Position numbers and translations under genes: made by a program
Assembly (NCBI RefSeq): GCF_000143415.4
Contig: NW_003314349.1
Span: forward strand, 381,172 to 445,171
Source of the DNA: Selaginella moellendorffii
Taxonomy: Eukaryota > Plantae > Lycopodiophyta
Reading direction: 5' to 3'
DNA length: 64,000 bases
Shown here: in pieces, positions 11,971 through 25,101 of the stretch
Position numbering within the stretch: the stretch's first letter is position 1
Layout: each line of letters begins with the position of its first letter
Notes under the pieces: model-generated
The model's input: only the letters and a program-made list of their open reading frames with translations
Told to the model about the DNA's origin: nothing
Database searches by the model: none

Positions 11971-12930
11971 TGTTAGCAAATAATCATGCTAATGTTTGCT
12001 CTCGGCAAATGGGAGGTGACCAAGCTGCATGGGGCAAGAGAAGAAGGTGCTACAACACGTGGTACATACATGTGTTGACTAGACTGGGAACAGGAGCCAA
12101 CAGCAGATTTGGAGCTGTGGGCTCTAGATCCACTCCCAAGCCCCAGTAATAGTGCCTCTACCAACAAGAACAGAGGTGAGTGTGGCCATTGGAGAGGAGC
12201 CAAAAGGTGCCACTTAGCCTCTTATACATTTTTCTTTTTGTAATGATGTATTGTGGCTGAGGAAGCTTCTTGGAGTCTTGCTTGAAAAGCTTCTAGAGTA
12301 TGCTGGAATATTCAAGGAATCTTATAGAGAAATTTTTTTAAAGAATGTACCAGAGTGTTAGACAGAATGTGCCCGTATATACTGGTTCCGTGACATTATC
12401 CCCCACAAGTTCCACAAATCATTGGTCCTGGTTTGAGTGGGTACCGCATGTGGAAGTCAGATAGTTTACCTGAAACATTTGTTAAATTTTCTGAGGTTCC
12501 CATGTCCAATCACTTGACGATTAGCCAACCCAGTCAACAAAGTAGTACAGTCAATGTTGAAGGATCTTGGAATCTAGGATCCCAACAACTTCGTAGAGTG
12601 ACCATCAATCTGGACTTCGGGAGCTAGTGGGATGACTCAACCTGGGATGTTGTTAGCGATGTATGGTTCAAGCAGAGAAACGTGGAAGACAGGATGAAAA
12701 TGCATGGTTGAAGGAAGATACAACTGATATGCCAATCAGAGATGCAAAAGGGACCAAGGCATTGATAGTCAATTTTACCAAATAGACAAGTAGTCTGAAT
12801 GTTATGCTGAAATAACCAAATTTGATCACCAACCTTGAACTCAGAAACCGTGAGGCAATGTTGATCAGAAGCGAGTTTGTGACATTCGTGAGCCTTGAGT
12901 AAATGTTGTTAGTGATCATGAATTTGATCA
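11971..12930 (-). mobile_element. Ty3/gypsy chromovirus 3' remnant (integrase tail, chromodomain, PPT, 3' LTR)
   Basis: The - strand reads [20 protein letters not shown] and the chromodomain DWTWEP..DFHMRYPLKPGP. PPT gtgggggataa precedes TGTCAC at 12394; the LTR's far end (~11971) is approximate. Confidence 0.75.
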
Positions 12931-12931
12931 T

Positions 12932-13252
12932 GTTTTGAGGCATCCTGCTGTGGGTGGATTCATCACTCACTGTGGGTGGAACTTGACACTGGAGAGTGTG
13001 CAGAGCAGAATCTGAACTGTGCGTTTCTGGTGGAGAAAAAGCTCGCATTGAGCCTGCGAAGGAGACAAGACGGAGTTATTGACAAGGCAGTGATCGAGGA
13101 GGCTGTCAGAGTTCTGATGAATGGGGAGGAAGGGAAGGAGATACGACGAAATGTGGGTGAGCTTGGCCAGGGATGCCAAGAGGGTTGTTGTGCAAGGGGG
13201 TTCGTCTTCTGCAAACCTGGAGTTGTTTGTTGAAGGTTTGAGAGCTACATAA
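12932..13252 (+). pseudogene. Family-1 UDP-glycosyltransferase 3' fragment
   Basis: PSPG box [23 protein letters not shown], an internal deletion, then AEQNLN..IEEAVRVLMNGEEGKEIRRN, a frameshift, and GGSSSANLELFVEGL*. The 5' part is absent. Confidence 0.85.
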
Positions 13253-14785
13253 CAAGAAGCTGTTAAAAGAGTATGAGTACCTTAATATTCACCTTTGAAC
13301 TGCAAGATCATAGACCGATCTTATGGTATCAAAGTGTAACATTCTAAAAATATACCAGAATATCCAGGACTTGCTCCAGAAGCTGAGATCCAAGAAGGCT
13401 GTTGTTTCATCACTTGCTTTCCATCTCCAGAGGCAGATTAGCCAGCATATTCATAGCGAGATTCAGTTAAGGATTAAGAACTAGAGTCAGGCTGAAGTGA
13501 ACATTATTCCATTTAAAAGCCATTACACAGCCAGGCCAGCATACTCGTTTCTTCTTCATCATTCCAAAGCTCTTCACGTTTCACTCGCTTGCATACTTCG
13601 GACGAATTGCGGCAATTGGATGAATGACACGTGTCAAATAAAAAATCATAAACCCAACATTTAAACTAAATGCAGACTGGCCACTCAGCTGGATGAATAA
13701 ACATGTCAGGTTAAGGGAGTTAAGCCCAACACAACCTTGGCCGCGAGGGATTATGCCCATTATAATCAATTTTTGAATTTTGATTCTGCTTCTTTTGCTT
13801 TCTCTGCTGATTCTGCTGCTTTGGAGATGGCTGATACTGAGATCCAGCCGGTCGTGGAGATTGCTGATCCAGAGATACAGCTGGGCCTGAGGCTAAGAAA
13901 CCTCAGCTTGAAGCGCATTTGCTACTGTTTCTGCCGCCGATGACGAAGAAATTGACTTGACCAAGACAGAGGAAGAGGCTGGAATGTTCTTCTTGCTCGC
14001 AGGGGTACGCGAATGGCTCAGAAGAGCTGCTGCGGTTGCTGTTTCGGATAATCTCCCAGCAGATGCTGCAATGCAAATTGTAAGGCTAAAACTCATGAAT
14101 TTGCTACAAATTCGTCTCAAGCTTGCCACAAATAATATGCATCTACAAAATTGCCTCTAAAGCTGCATCAAATATTTTGCCTCTACACCAACAAAAAGGA
14201 TTTCCACATCAAACCTAGTCTGATTAGGACTTTGTTAGGTTACAACCTCCAGATCGACTTGCACACCCATTCTTGAGATTGAGCCTCTGGTAGTTCCGGG
14301 TGCAGCTGATATTACGTGGGAAGTAATCAAGTATGGCACCAAGCATAGCTTTCCGCCCGCAGATGCTTTTGTCTTCCGTCTTCATCATCAAACTTGGCAG
14401 CAACAACGTCTTCCGCTCGTGGCTGCAAACACCAACCTGAACACAGAACTCTGGGACGTCATTCAGATCTTGACTCTATGGACAATCTACAGAGAAAGAA
14501 TTGACGTCTTATATCACCGCAGGACTCAGCTGAACGACATCAGAGCCGCTGTCAGCTTTTGGTCGTATCTCTTGGTTTCACTCGCGTCTTGATGGGAGAG
14601 GATCAAGCACAGGTCAGCAAAAAAGCAGCAACAATTTCTTGGCACGTGGCTGGTAATGAGGACTTTCAGGAATGTCAGACCTTCCGGTGTCACTTGGAAT
14701 TGGAAGCTGCCATGGACTTTGAGTGGTAGAAGAACAGCTTGAAATGTTCTCCTGTTTTTCTATGAATATATACACATTTCACCTA

Positions 14786-14835
14786 GTCTGATTAAGCCAG
14801 GGTTCGAACCAGGGACCTCAAGCATGTGAGTGAAC
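14786..14835 (-). pseudogene. Degenerate tRNA-like 3' half (tRNA-Val-like pseudogene or SINE head)
   Basis: The - strand ctcacatgcttgaggtccctggttcgaaccctggc contains a B-box/T-loop GGTTCGAACC; the 5' half is not recognisable. Confidence 0.35.
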
Positions 14836-15510
14836 TTAGTTCATACTCTAAACAACCTTTCAGAATGAGAGGTGGAGGTCAAGGTGGGCGAGGATAGCTC
14901 AAGGACAAGTTGGTGTTCTTCCGGACGATGTGAATGACTATGTTTCATTGCAGCAGCATCTTCTGTCTCTAGGTCTTGTGCAACAAGGATCCCAGTTTTC
15001 TAGCTTGCAAGAGCTGCGATTTGGGTCTGCCGCTCCAGAGTTCTTCTGGTTTCCTTTCACCCAAGAACCTCTCACAAATGACTCAATGTATTATGTCATG
15101 ATTCAAAGACCCTCTTCCTCAGGTATGATTTCCTCCTATTATCTCATCAGACTTTTGATGCTTGGAAACTTGTGGAGAGGGTGAAACAATCGGGGGTATC
15201 TGGATGCATTCTGCTTATGGGGGTCAGTGGCTGTGGTAAAACTCATTAAGTCTACAATTATGGAGGTGCTGCTTGACGGGAGGCTTGGTACAGTGGTCTG
15301 TGTTGCAGGGACGAGCATCAGTGTCTTGCAGATAGAACTGGATAGTTATATCATGTCTGGTGTGGCCAAAATTGCAAATGGGCCCCTTGGATTCATAACA
15401 AGCTTTGACAAATGGGAGAGGGCAATGGATGTCTACAACTTCTGTGAAAAGTATTTGAAGATGCTTGGCATTACAGCAGCCAACTACAGCAGACTGTTTG
15501 AAAAGTGAGA

Positions 15511-17817
15511 GTGGTTTGCCAGTGAGAGTGGTTGTAGCTAGGAGCATCATCCTGCCTAGCATTTGGTACCACCTCTCAATTTGGCCTGTCCTCAAACACA
15601 CTCTCAGAAAGGTATACACAATGGTTTGTAAGTATCTGTAGAGGGGCATGCTTGTCATGGGTAGGATCATGGCCAAGGTTGCATAGCAATCAACAGCACA
15701 TCCACAAGTTCTAAGAGGACTTGGAGTTATCGATCTGAGCAACATGGCAAAGGTGCTATAGTACAAAATCCTCCTTATGGGCCTCCAACCAGGTAACCAA
15801 CCCTAGAGACTCATGTTCAGGCAGAGCTTGTTGGCAATCTGGCCTAGGCACAACACTCCAAGAGTGTGGGAGGAGGATCCACATTAGTTTTTTGTTGAAG
15901 GGCCGAAGCAAGCAGTTAAGGGTGGCACACTGGTTCAAGGGTTTCTCAAGCTATAGAGCGCATTTCTAGTCAATAGGGTAATGCCGGGGCGAGCAGAGGA
16001 CTAGCTGAACCAGCCTCTATTCTTCAATGACCTCTTCAAAGTGTACCACTACACTATTTGGAGAAAGCTGCATGGCGAAGGCTTTTAAACTCTCAAGCAA
16101 CTAATGGGAGTTCTGGACAAGGATCGGAGGAAGACTACGAGGCGAATGCAGGTCTTTAACCTAGGACGGTGGAGGAAAGTCCACCTTGATCTTCTTCGCA
16201 TCATCAGAGCGGTGAGTGAGGCGAAGAAAGGGCAGCTCTAGCCTAGGCATTGTCTCAAACCTGGAGACTTTGTGGCTTTGCAACAGGACATGGAGCAAGG
16301 AAGGGAATGAGTTAGCTTGGGGGCTTGGATACGAGCGTTTACAGCCCTAACACCAGCTTGGGAGGATGGCAATGTGGAGGTGTGGTTTGTTGTGTCTCTC
16401 GAACAAAATCTCAGACGTCCTTTTTGGGTTATGAGAGGTGACATGCTGCTACTAGTAGGAGATGAATAGGCCATGCCAATGGTTACGAATGACGAAGTCA
16501 AGGGTAGGATTCGAGTAGTATAACATGCTTTGAGGCAGTTGGTGGTGGTTCAATTGGTGGGCACACTAGAGTGGGATGGCATTCTCAAATGGTGGCAATA
16601 GCAACTTATTGAGGATTTGGATTGAGACCCAACAGCACGGAAATGAGGAGCAAAGAGCTTCTTCTCGTTTGAAGTCATGGAAGCATGGGATGGTCTCTTG
16701 ACCAGCAGGGAGGAGGCCTGAGGGGAGATCCCCAAGCTTTGGAAGAAATGGATCGAGCAAGGAGTTGAAGCAAATTAGGTGGTGGACAACATGTTTGTGT
16801 TCTGGAAACTATCAGTACAAGAGAAAGTCAAGGCCACCTCTTGGTTGGTGGCAAATAACGGGCTGCCAATAGAATAGCTATTCTGGGAGGAAGCATGCCG
16901 ACGATGCAAAGAGTGTGGCGAGCTAGAGATAGCGTGATATGCACTTTGGGAATGTGACATGGCAAGAGAGGTATGGCGATAGATCTTCAAGGCGACGCAA
17001 GAATTAGGAGACATTCTGGAATTCCAGTGCGAGGATCTGTGCTCCAAAGCCAATCGTTCCCGTGGACCACACCAAGCTTCCATCGCGATCACTCAATTCC
17101 AAGTTTTCATCTTCAGTGAAGTTAAAGTACGCCACTAGTTTGAGGGAGCTAGAGGTCCAGCCATTGGTCCAACGTGGAGGCACATCTGTTGTCACGGACA
17201 ACACAGATGGAACATGCGAGTCTGGTGGGATGCAATAGGGGCTGAAGTCAAGATGTCAATCTGGGAGGCGATGGGCCATGAGCGATGGTCCATTTGGAGG
17301 GCGACTGGAGTGCAAGCACTTTGGGAGCCATAGAACCATTGTCACTTCAATGGGCAACAAGCGAGGATATCAACAATGATGGCATCATGGTGGAGACTGA
17401 CTCTTGTAGTGGTGTGTCTTCATTACACCACCCTAAAAGAGTGGGCGAAACCAAGACAACTTGAGGATTGGAGGTCTAGGTGGCTCCCATGCTTCAGCAA
17501 AATGGTAGGTGGTGAGATTTGCTAGCAATGGTGCCTCCTAGACTCTGTTCTACATTCAGCTCATCAGGGAGATTTGGACATCAACATGATTTGATTGAGA
17601 TGACCATGTCCACTTCTACTCCAGGACTAGGTCCAGCTACGACACTAGAGGATCACGTAGAGTAGCTCATTAAGAGGGCAACACGCCCAATTTTTTTATT
17701 AGTCCCATTGGGATATGGGGAATTTACATACACATTTAACAATCTCGCTGAATTGTAGCACCATGGGGTGTCTTTGACCCCAAACGCGTGAAATCCTAAA
17801 TGCGCCTAAGTCCTAAA
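15511..17817 (+). mobile_element. 5'-truncated L1-type LINE copy A (3' part of ORF2 plus 3' UTR), degenerate
   Basis: Aligns along its length with 27685-29905 (e.g. gagagtggttgtagctaggagcatcatcctgcctagcatttggtaccacc); many stop codons; telomere-like 3' end. Confidence 0.9.
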
Positions 17818-18649
17818 CTATATGTGGTTTAAAAGCATCCAAGCAAGCCTCACCAGCTTTGCTTGGTTGCAAAAGCACATCCACCAAGTAAGCTTAAGTT
17901 CTTACACTGTTTCTTTTGTCTCCAAAAGAATCTAGTAAATTTAAACAAGAATCTACTAAAGTCGAACCTCTTTGCCAATGGCAGGCCAAGACAACTCCAT
18001 ACATTGGCTTTGGAACAGGAGAAATGAGCCACAATGCCCCTCACTCCCCTTGCATGGGTCTGGCATAGCAAGTCTCTAGGCTAGGCATTTGTATTAGCCT
18101 GTGTGTGTTGTGTCCCGCCGCCAGAGTGCCACAAAAATCCCCACCCAAAGCTGCTCACTGCCACTAAGAGTTTAGGAGCTAGCTTGAAATCTCCACTTAG
18201 CAGTCTTTCTGGCGTCTAATGTAGCCCAACTCCCCTAATTTGGGTTTGGCATGGCAAATCCCTCACAAAAGCTTTTTACCCCCCTTTGGTGTGTTGCCTT
18301 GGCACCACTAAACTATCACCAAAAATGCCATGGGAATACTCTCTGCCACTCAAAGCACCTAAGCTGCTTAGACATTGCCACAACATTGCCAAAAATCCAC
18401 CCAATCTGCAACTTGGAGAACAAAAATGCTGCCCACTCACACTTGTATTTTCTTTCCCCTCTTGCCTATCCTCCACCGTCAGATCCTCTTGATCTAGTGG
18501 CCCACAACACTCAAACATTGAGTGCAAAAAATTCTCAGTCCCTACACTTAGATTTTTTGTCTTTTGTGAGTATCGAGGAAGGAGCAATGGGAGAAAGCAT
18601 GTGAGCATGACAACTGTGTTTTGAGCTTGCTAGACTACGGTTTAGGGTT

Positions 18650-21600
18650 TGGCTTGCCCTCTCCTCTTCTATCGAGGAAGGGCTTTTTCATTTTCTTGTC
18701 TGGGGCTAACCCCAAGCTGCCACAGCAGCTCGGCCCTACCAACAGCAGCAGCCGTCAACACAGCAGTGCTAGCTACAACAGCAGCCAGCAGCCTACCAAT
18801 GCCGGGCTGCTCCAGCCGGCCAACCAGCCGCATCATGGCCAGCTGCCCGCAGTTGCCACACCCACCCACGACTCGCTGCCCAACACGTCGTGGCTTGGCC
18901 CTGCCTAGCAGCGCCAAGCAGCATCATAAGCCACCACACACTGCTGCACATTGCCTAGGGCTGCCCCACACGTGCCAAGCACCACCTAGTGACACACGAT
19001 ACTACCCTGTACTGCCCAGTACCGCCCAGTGCTGCGTAGCACTACGCAGCGTCCTTAGCACCGTGGTTGTCCCTAGCATTGCAGCTGTGACAAGTGACGC
19101 CCGGTCATTGCCACCTTTGCCACCTACTGTTCTAGTGCCTATACTAGACAGTCATGACAACATGGACCCCTCACTGCTCATGCCATCAAGGCCAGTAGCA
19201 CCAGGGAGCTCTAGCCACGCCATGACTGCAGTAGAAGCAGTTCTTGCTCCAGCTCCACCAGCTCCAATGCCCACGGCAAGCATGTCTTGCTTAGTATTTG
19301 AGTTCAGAACCATGTCACAAACAACCTCGACACGTGAGCATTCTCAGCTTTTTGCTGAGGCCATCTACGACGAACATGTGTCGCACCAACCACTCTCACC
19401 GTACCTTAAGCAAGTTCTAGACACTAGACATGCGTTGTGGCTCCGCACAATGCATGTCATCACGGCTCACATCGAGATGCACATGGAGAACTTGGAGCAA
19501 GATGACACTCTCTTCAGTGTTGCCAACTTCTTCTACAACGAGGTGTTGCATTCGGCATTGCAGCAACTTCCCCCCACCTCCTTTGACACGGCCACACCAT
19601 AGAATTCCTCGGACTCTATGGCTTGCAGCCCTGACATGAGCAGGCTGCAGCAAAGTACGTGACATATTCCATAGTCTACTGAACAAGAGCACTATGTGGC
19701 AAACACTACAACATCACCTGTGGCCAACTATGGCAACCTGATGTCAGAGCAAGAGGTTTCCCAGGCAGAGGGCACTGAGGACGTGGAGCATGTGGAACAT
19801 GCTGCTGGCAATACCTCTACGTCCAGCCAACATGCCAGTTCCTCATGCCAAACTTGCCACATGCACTTCGAGCCCCATGCCATCAGAGAGACCTGCTCTT
19901 TCTATGTCAATAACTTTCCATATCGCTACGTCAGATCTCAATTCCAAGATGTGTTTGAGTCCCTCCTAAGGGACCATGAAGCCTACCCGCATGGGGTCCT
20001 CTTTGCCAACCCTGGCCCTTCAACCGCAAAGCTGGATGCTACAGCGATGAGACGGATTTTCCCACCACCTATGGTGCTGAATCCCATACCATCACCACCC
20101 ACCATGGGAGCAGAGCAGTGACCCCCATCGGAGAGAGGATTTCCAAGACCTGGCTCACTACAACAGCCTCCTCACCTATGATGCATGGCTCTGCCTCATG
20201 GCTTGTCTAGCCCACCATGTCCCACCGACAGGAGCAGCCGGTGTCTACACCTCCACGCTTGACACCTTTGCCACAGACTCGACGAGCATCTCCTCACGCT
20301 TCGATGCTAGAACGGCCATCCACACCTCGCTCCCCAGAGGCTGGACTGCCACCCCCGGCACCATGGGCCTCACCAGCACAACAGACACCCTCGACACATA
20401 CGACATAGATGCATGCTTCTCAGTGTGTAGTGTCACAGGAGCAGTGACATCCTCCCCTTGCTCTAGTGGACCCTCTGGTTGCTCCGCCACTGCAAGACTG
20501 CTTAGTAGCACAAAGGACATGCACAGATGCTGAGGCCATCCCTCTCTAGCCAAAGCAACGCTCAGGAAAGCCAGCCCTAGGATGTACGTCTGAGCCACCA
20601 GTTGCGCCACCTCTGCCACTGGCCATTGGAGTAGAAGATGGCTACATGCTTGGAGGCTTCAAGAACATCGATGGAGCCTTCAACAGCATCCTAGCAAGCT
20701 CCCTACAAGAATTTTTGCAGGAGTACAACACTCTAGTGTTGTCAAGATCAGCTCTCCAGGAGCTTAAGGACCTGAAAGAGCAGAAGAAACACCCACAGTC
20801 GCTCTGTGCATGCCCACTAAAGCTCAAGGTATCTCGTCATGCTCAGGATGGCCTCAAGAGCAGAATTGTTGAGGTGCATGAGCACTATCTCACGGAGCTG
20901 CATGACATTCTCATTAAGGCTTGCCAAGACAAGATTGAGACACTCCAGAAGCTAGTCTCCTTGGGCCTCAAGGATCTCTTTCGCAATCGACTCAAGGATC
21001 TTGTGACTTCAACACTCAGCTACTGTGGCGCCACGGAGCATGACTCTGTGTACCACCACCTGCTTGCACACAAACAATGATGCGCTCTCAAGTTTGACAC
21101 TAAGACATTATTCTTCATGGCCATCAAGGGAATTGAGCACCACATGCAGGCAACGGCGACGCAATGTCTAGAGGAAGCCATCAATATGGCAAACGCCTCT
21201 GTAGACACCCTCCCCAAGGAGCAGACCATCACAGAGGTCGTGAACAACGTAGTCACCAAGGCCTTCCAAAGCCAGCGACATGCAACGCTGTCAAATGCAG
21301 GAAAAAAGAAGAGGAAGTGAGAGGAGAAGAAGAAAACGCGAGAGTAATGTGATGGCACACCGGGTAAGCATGCACAGGACCCAAACAAGAGACACCACAT
21401 CTCCTTTGCCGCTCACTTTGATGAAGCTGAATCCTAGTCTGCAACACCAGCTCGCAGCAATCAGGGAAACAGACAGCAGCGGAGCGAGGCTACTGGGACT
21501 CCTCCCACCCATTTTGCTGCCTTGACTTCTTCTTCAAGGGGGACTCCATGCTAGACATCTCCAACTCAAAGTGGTTCCCACGAAAAGAACGCTGGACATG

Positions 21601-22436
21601 ATGGCCCTTGCCATTCCGGCGCAACAGCTCCCCGCAGTAGCGCCCATGCTCCACCACAACGGCACAGGTCGTCTCAGGTCCCCAGCGACCACGAGGACTT
21701 TCACCGACCAGAGGCAGCAAGGGAACTCACACACGCAGCCCTTCACCTTGCCCTGGGCAAAGCCCGACCCTTGCCAGCCACAGGAGCAGGACCTCAAGAC
21801 TACTAGTCACCATTGACCAGTCTGTCTAAGGCCATCCTTGACATTGCGGGACAACAGCCAGTCTCGAAGTTTGAGAATCGAGTGGAGACCGGAGCCATAC
21901 ACAACCTCTCAACTAGGGCTCTCTCGGCTGCCAAGATCCGTCTCCTCTCCCTTGGCTTAAGGTACATCCTGAACCCAGCACTGCTTAGAGCCCTACAGAT
22001 TGTGGAAAGCTCTAATGCTCTCTGCCGAGCCGTTTGACTCTGTCACCTCTTCAAGGACGACGACTCAGCCCTGCCAAAGTTTCAAGAACCGAACCCAAGC
22101 TTCGAGCCGCCTCCAGCAGCAAAGCCTATGGAATGACACCTTGCGCACATATGAGGCAACCTACTCCACAAGCTCAAAGGAGCACACAAGCCTTGCTCCT
22201 TCACTCATGGCTGGAAGAAGTGTGCTCTCCACTCTCTCACGACAGACACATCCATCATCATCAAGCCCGCGGATAAAAATCTTGGAGCGGTAATCCTGGA
22301 TCGCAATTGGTAGACTAAGGAGGCTCTCCGCCAGCTGAACAACCCACTCGTTTATGTGAAGGTCCCCTCTGTGCCATCCAAAATCCTCCAGGAGCGCCTC
22401 ACTGAGCTCATCACAAAGCACCGCAGTTGGAATTAA
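18650..22436 (+). mobile_element. Penelope-like retroelement (ORF1-like region plus N-terminal part of RT), degenerate and 3'-truncated
   Basis: One frame from 21813 reads AIHNLSTRALS..RLLSLGLRYILNP..RAV*LCHLF..IIIKPADKNLGAVILDRNW*TKEALRQLNNPLVY, the typical PLE pre-RT/RT1 motifs. A helical ORF (20646-21320) lies upstream; the 5' boundary is uncertain. Confidence 0.75.
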
Positions 22437-22530
22437 GTCCCACAGAGGTGGGAGACTGGCTGATGTGCCACAGGAACACATCCTTCCCAGAGGGCGTCAC
22501 CATTGGTGACTACAAGACATGCATGGGAAG

Positions 22531-25101
22531 CATACTTGCATTTGAACATTCGAACACAATCGGATTTGAACGGGTATCGAACATTTAATAGCCGTTTAGC
22601 TTTTTTTTGAACGGGTATAATGGTTTTCAGTTTTAATATAATTAAAAAATTATTAACTGTTACTAAATAAAGTTTAACATAATATAATATAGGTTTAATC
22701 TAATCTTCATCCTCCGAATCTAGAACATCATCACCACTAGCAACATCGTCATCAGGTTGTTGAAGAAGTTCTTCAACAACCTCCTGAAGTGCAAGGATCC
22801 TTTGCCACTGAGGCTCAAGCTCAAGGTTATCAAGATCATGCTCGATAAGCCTCAAACTCCCGGACTCAATCTTCTGTACGACACGCATATTTGTGTGCAC
22901 AAAAACCAGCTTCTCTGAGTTTTTGGAGAGCAATTGAGACCTCCTCTTCGTCTGGATCATGCTCCATGAGCTCTAGTTTCACTTGCATGGTGAAGCACAA
23001 ACTGGCTGACTCAAGATCTGTAAAGCAAGCCTTTGAAGTTCTGGTATGCCTGCACCAAAGTTGCTCCACCAACTCACCAGGTGTTTCCGGTTCTCCATCT
23101 ATACAAGAGAATCAGTCTCAAAAGTTGACAAACAAACAGTTTATACACACTTGCTTTGCTGCCTCCGAAGAGAACAAACGGCCAAGTTGTTGATGGAAAC
23201 TCTGAAACTTGTGCAATAGCTTGTGTTGAAGTCCTCGATCTCCTTTGTAATACAACTCTAGGTACTCCACAAAATCTTCCTGAGCCTCCTGGTCGAGAGG
23301 GAGATGAAGAAAAGCTAGGTTCAGAACAAAAGTAGCTCCATGCAAGATCGAATGCATCTGGAACCAACGAGCTGCTTTCCGACCTCCCTCGCCATGATCC
23401 TCCATCATGAACCTGTTGATCTCCTCGACCTCTTCCTCAACTAAAATCCCAGTCTCAACAGCCTCTGAAAGCTTCTCATTCATCCGGTCCATAGCCTCAA
23501 AAATGAGACCGGAAGTTGCCCCCTCCCAGTCCGCAAGCTTCAAGACCTTGAGGAGCGGTTCAAGCAGCACCAACAAGTGCTGGCATCTAGTCCAGAAAGA
23601 GTTCGAAGTCTCTTCTAAGATCTGAGTTCAAATGTGCTAGGCTTTGGCAGTCTTCGTGACGTCCAATCACCGCCACTCGGAGCTCACAACCATCTCCTTC
23701 AATGCCTCCAAGGTCGTCAGATTTAGGAGCTGAGACATCACTAAAAACATGTAAGCGAACCTTGTGCTTGTCAGCTTGATGAGATCCCAATTGCTCAGCT
23801 TCCGAAACAAAGCTAGAACACGAGGTTTTTTGGTGATAAAAGTTACCACCTCGTTGCAGCCTTTCACCAGTGGTTTTACCCACGACAAGCTCCCGATGTC
23901 TTCGAAGAGAAGGTCCAAGACGTGGCACACACACCGGCTGTGGAGAATGTGAGGATACTCAGCCGTCATGAGTTCTCCCATCTGCACATAGTTTGATGCA
24001 TTGTCAATGATCACCTGAACAACGTTTTCTTCGCCAACTTCTTGAATCACTTTTTTCAGCTTGACCCAAATCCACTCTCCCGTCTTTGTCCTGCCCTTGG
24101 AATCTACAGACTTCCAGAAAACCAAACCTTGGACGTTGGAGGCCATGAAGTTGATCAAGGATCGGCTACGGTTGTCAGACCGGCCATCAGTGACGATGCT
24201 AACTCTATATCTTCTCCACCCCTCATGGATTGGATCAAGTTGAGCATTGACACTATCATAAAGCTTCTTCAGCTGTGTACTCTGCAACTTCTCATATCCC
24301 ATCATCTGTGCAAGAGCTCCAGGGCCGAAGTCGATAGCAGCTTGAAGCAACTTCCTCAGATTTGGCCTCTGAATGGTGTTGAAAGGGATATTTTCAACAT
24401 AGAAGAACTCAGCCACGGCATCATCTAGACATTGAACCTTTGCAGACTTCATCATCTTTTGAATGTCACCATCCAGTGCCGGTGCAGCACTTCGTTTAAG
24501 ATTGCTGCTCCCGGAAAGTGGAACGCCACCACTGCTCGCCTCGCCCAGCCCTCCAGTAGCCCCACCACTTGCCCCGCAGTTGGCACCACCGCTCACCTCA
24601 CCGACCTCAGTCTCGTGAGCTAAGGCAAGTCTCTCTTGGGGACTTGTTGCAATCATGGAGCTCTTTTTGAGCTCCACACGATTAAAAGATGCCCAAGCCT
24701 TGTTCACCACCTCTAATGGCACCTGTCCTGTACAAATCTCTACATTCCTTCCTTTCACACCTCCAAGATGAGCGCAAACTTGTTCAGCTGCACTAGTGTA
24801 AGTATTCGAGCAATACTTACACTTCCATGGACTCACGCCGTGGCTTGTCTCAGATGTCGGCCTTAATTTCAGAACATGAGCCTAGCTCCAGCATGGCTGC
24901 TTTCCTCCCCCCATCCCGGACTTACCTTAGCGCTTTCGGATCCCGCGAACCCTGATTTTACATGAACCCTAATCCTAAGTAAAAGAAAGCATATTCTTTA
25001 GGGTTTTTTAAAAATATTCTTGGTGTTTAAATGCTGTTTTAAACACCATATTATACACGAAGGTGTTTTTTATTAATCATACCCGTTCGAATGCAAGTAT
25101 G
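22531..25101 (-). mobile_element. hAT DNA transposon with TIRs and degenerate 8-bp TSD; transposase frameshifted
   Basis: TIRs catacttgcatttgaac / gttcgaatgcaagtatg (16/17 match); flanks atgggaag / atggagag. ORF 23667-24836 has a BED-like finger (WKCKYC..HL), DUF659-type SIVTDG, VVQVIIDNASN, CVCHVLDL and TRFA; downstream fragments continue to a C-terminal dimerisation region. Confidence 0.92.

Noticed and set aside
18155-18200. Possible hammerhead ribozyme core upstream of the PLE (ctaagag...gaaa)
   Set aside because: Does not match CUGANGA, and I could not build the required stems by eye; a covariance-model search is needed.
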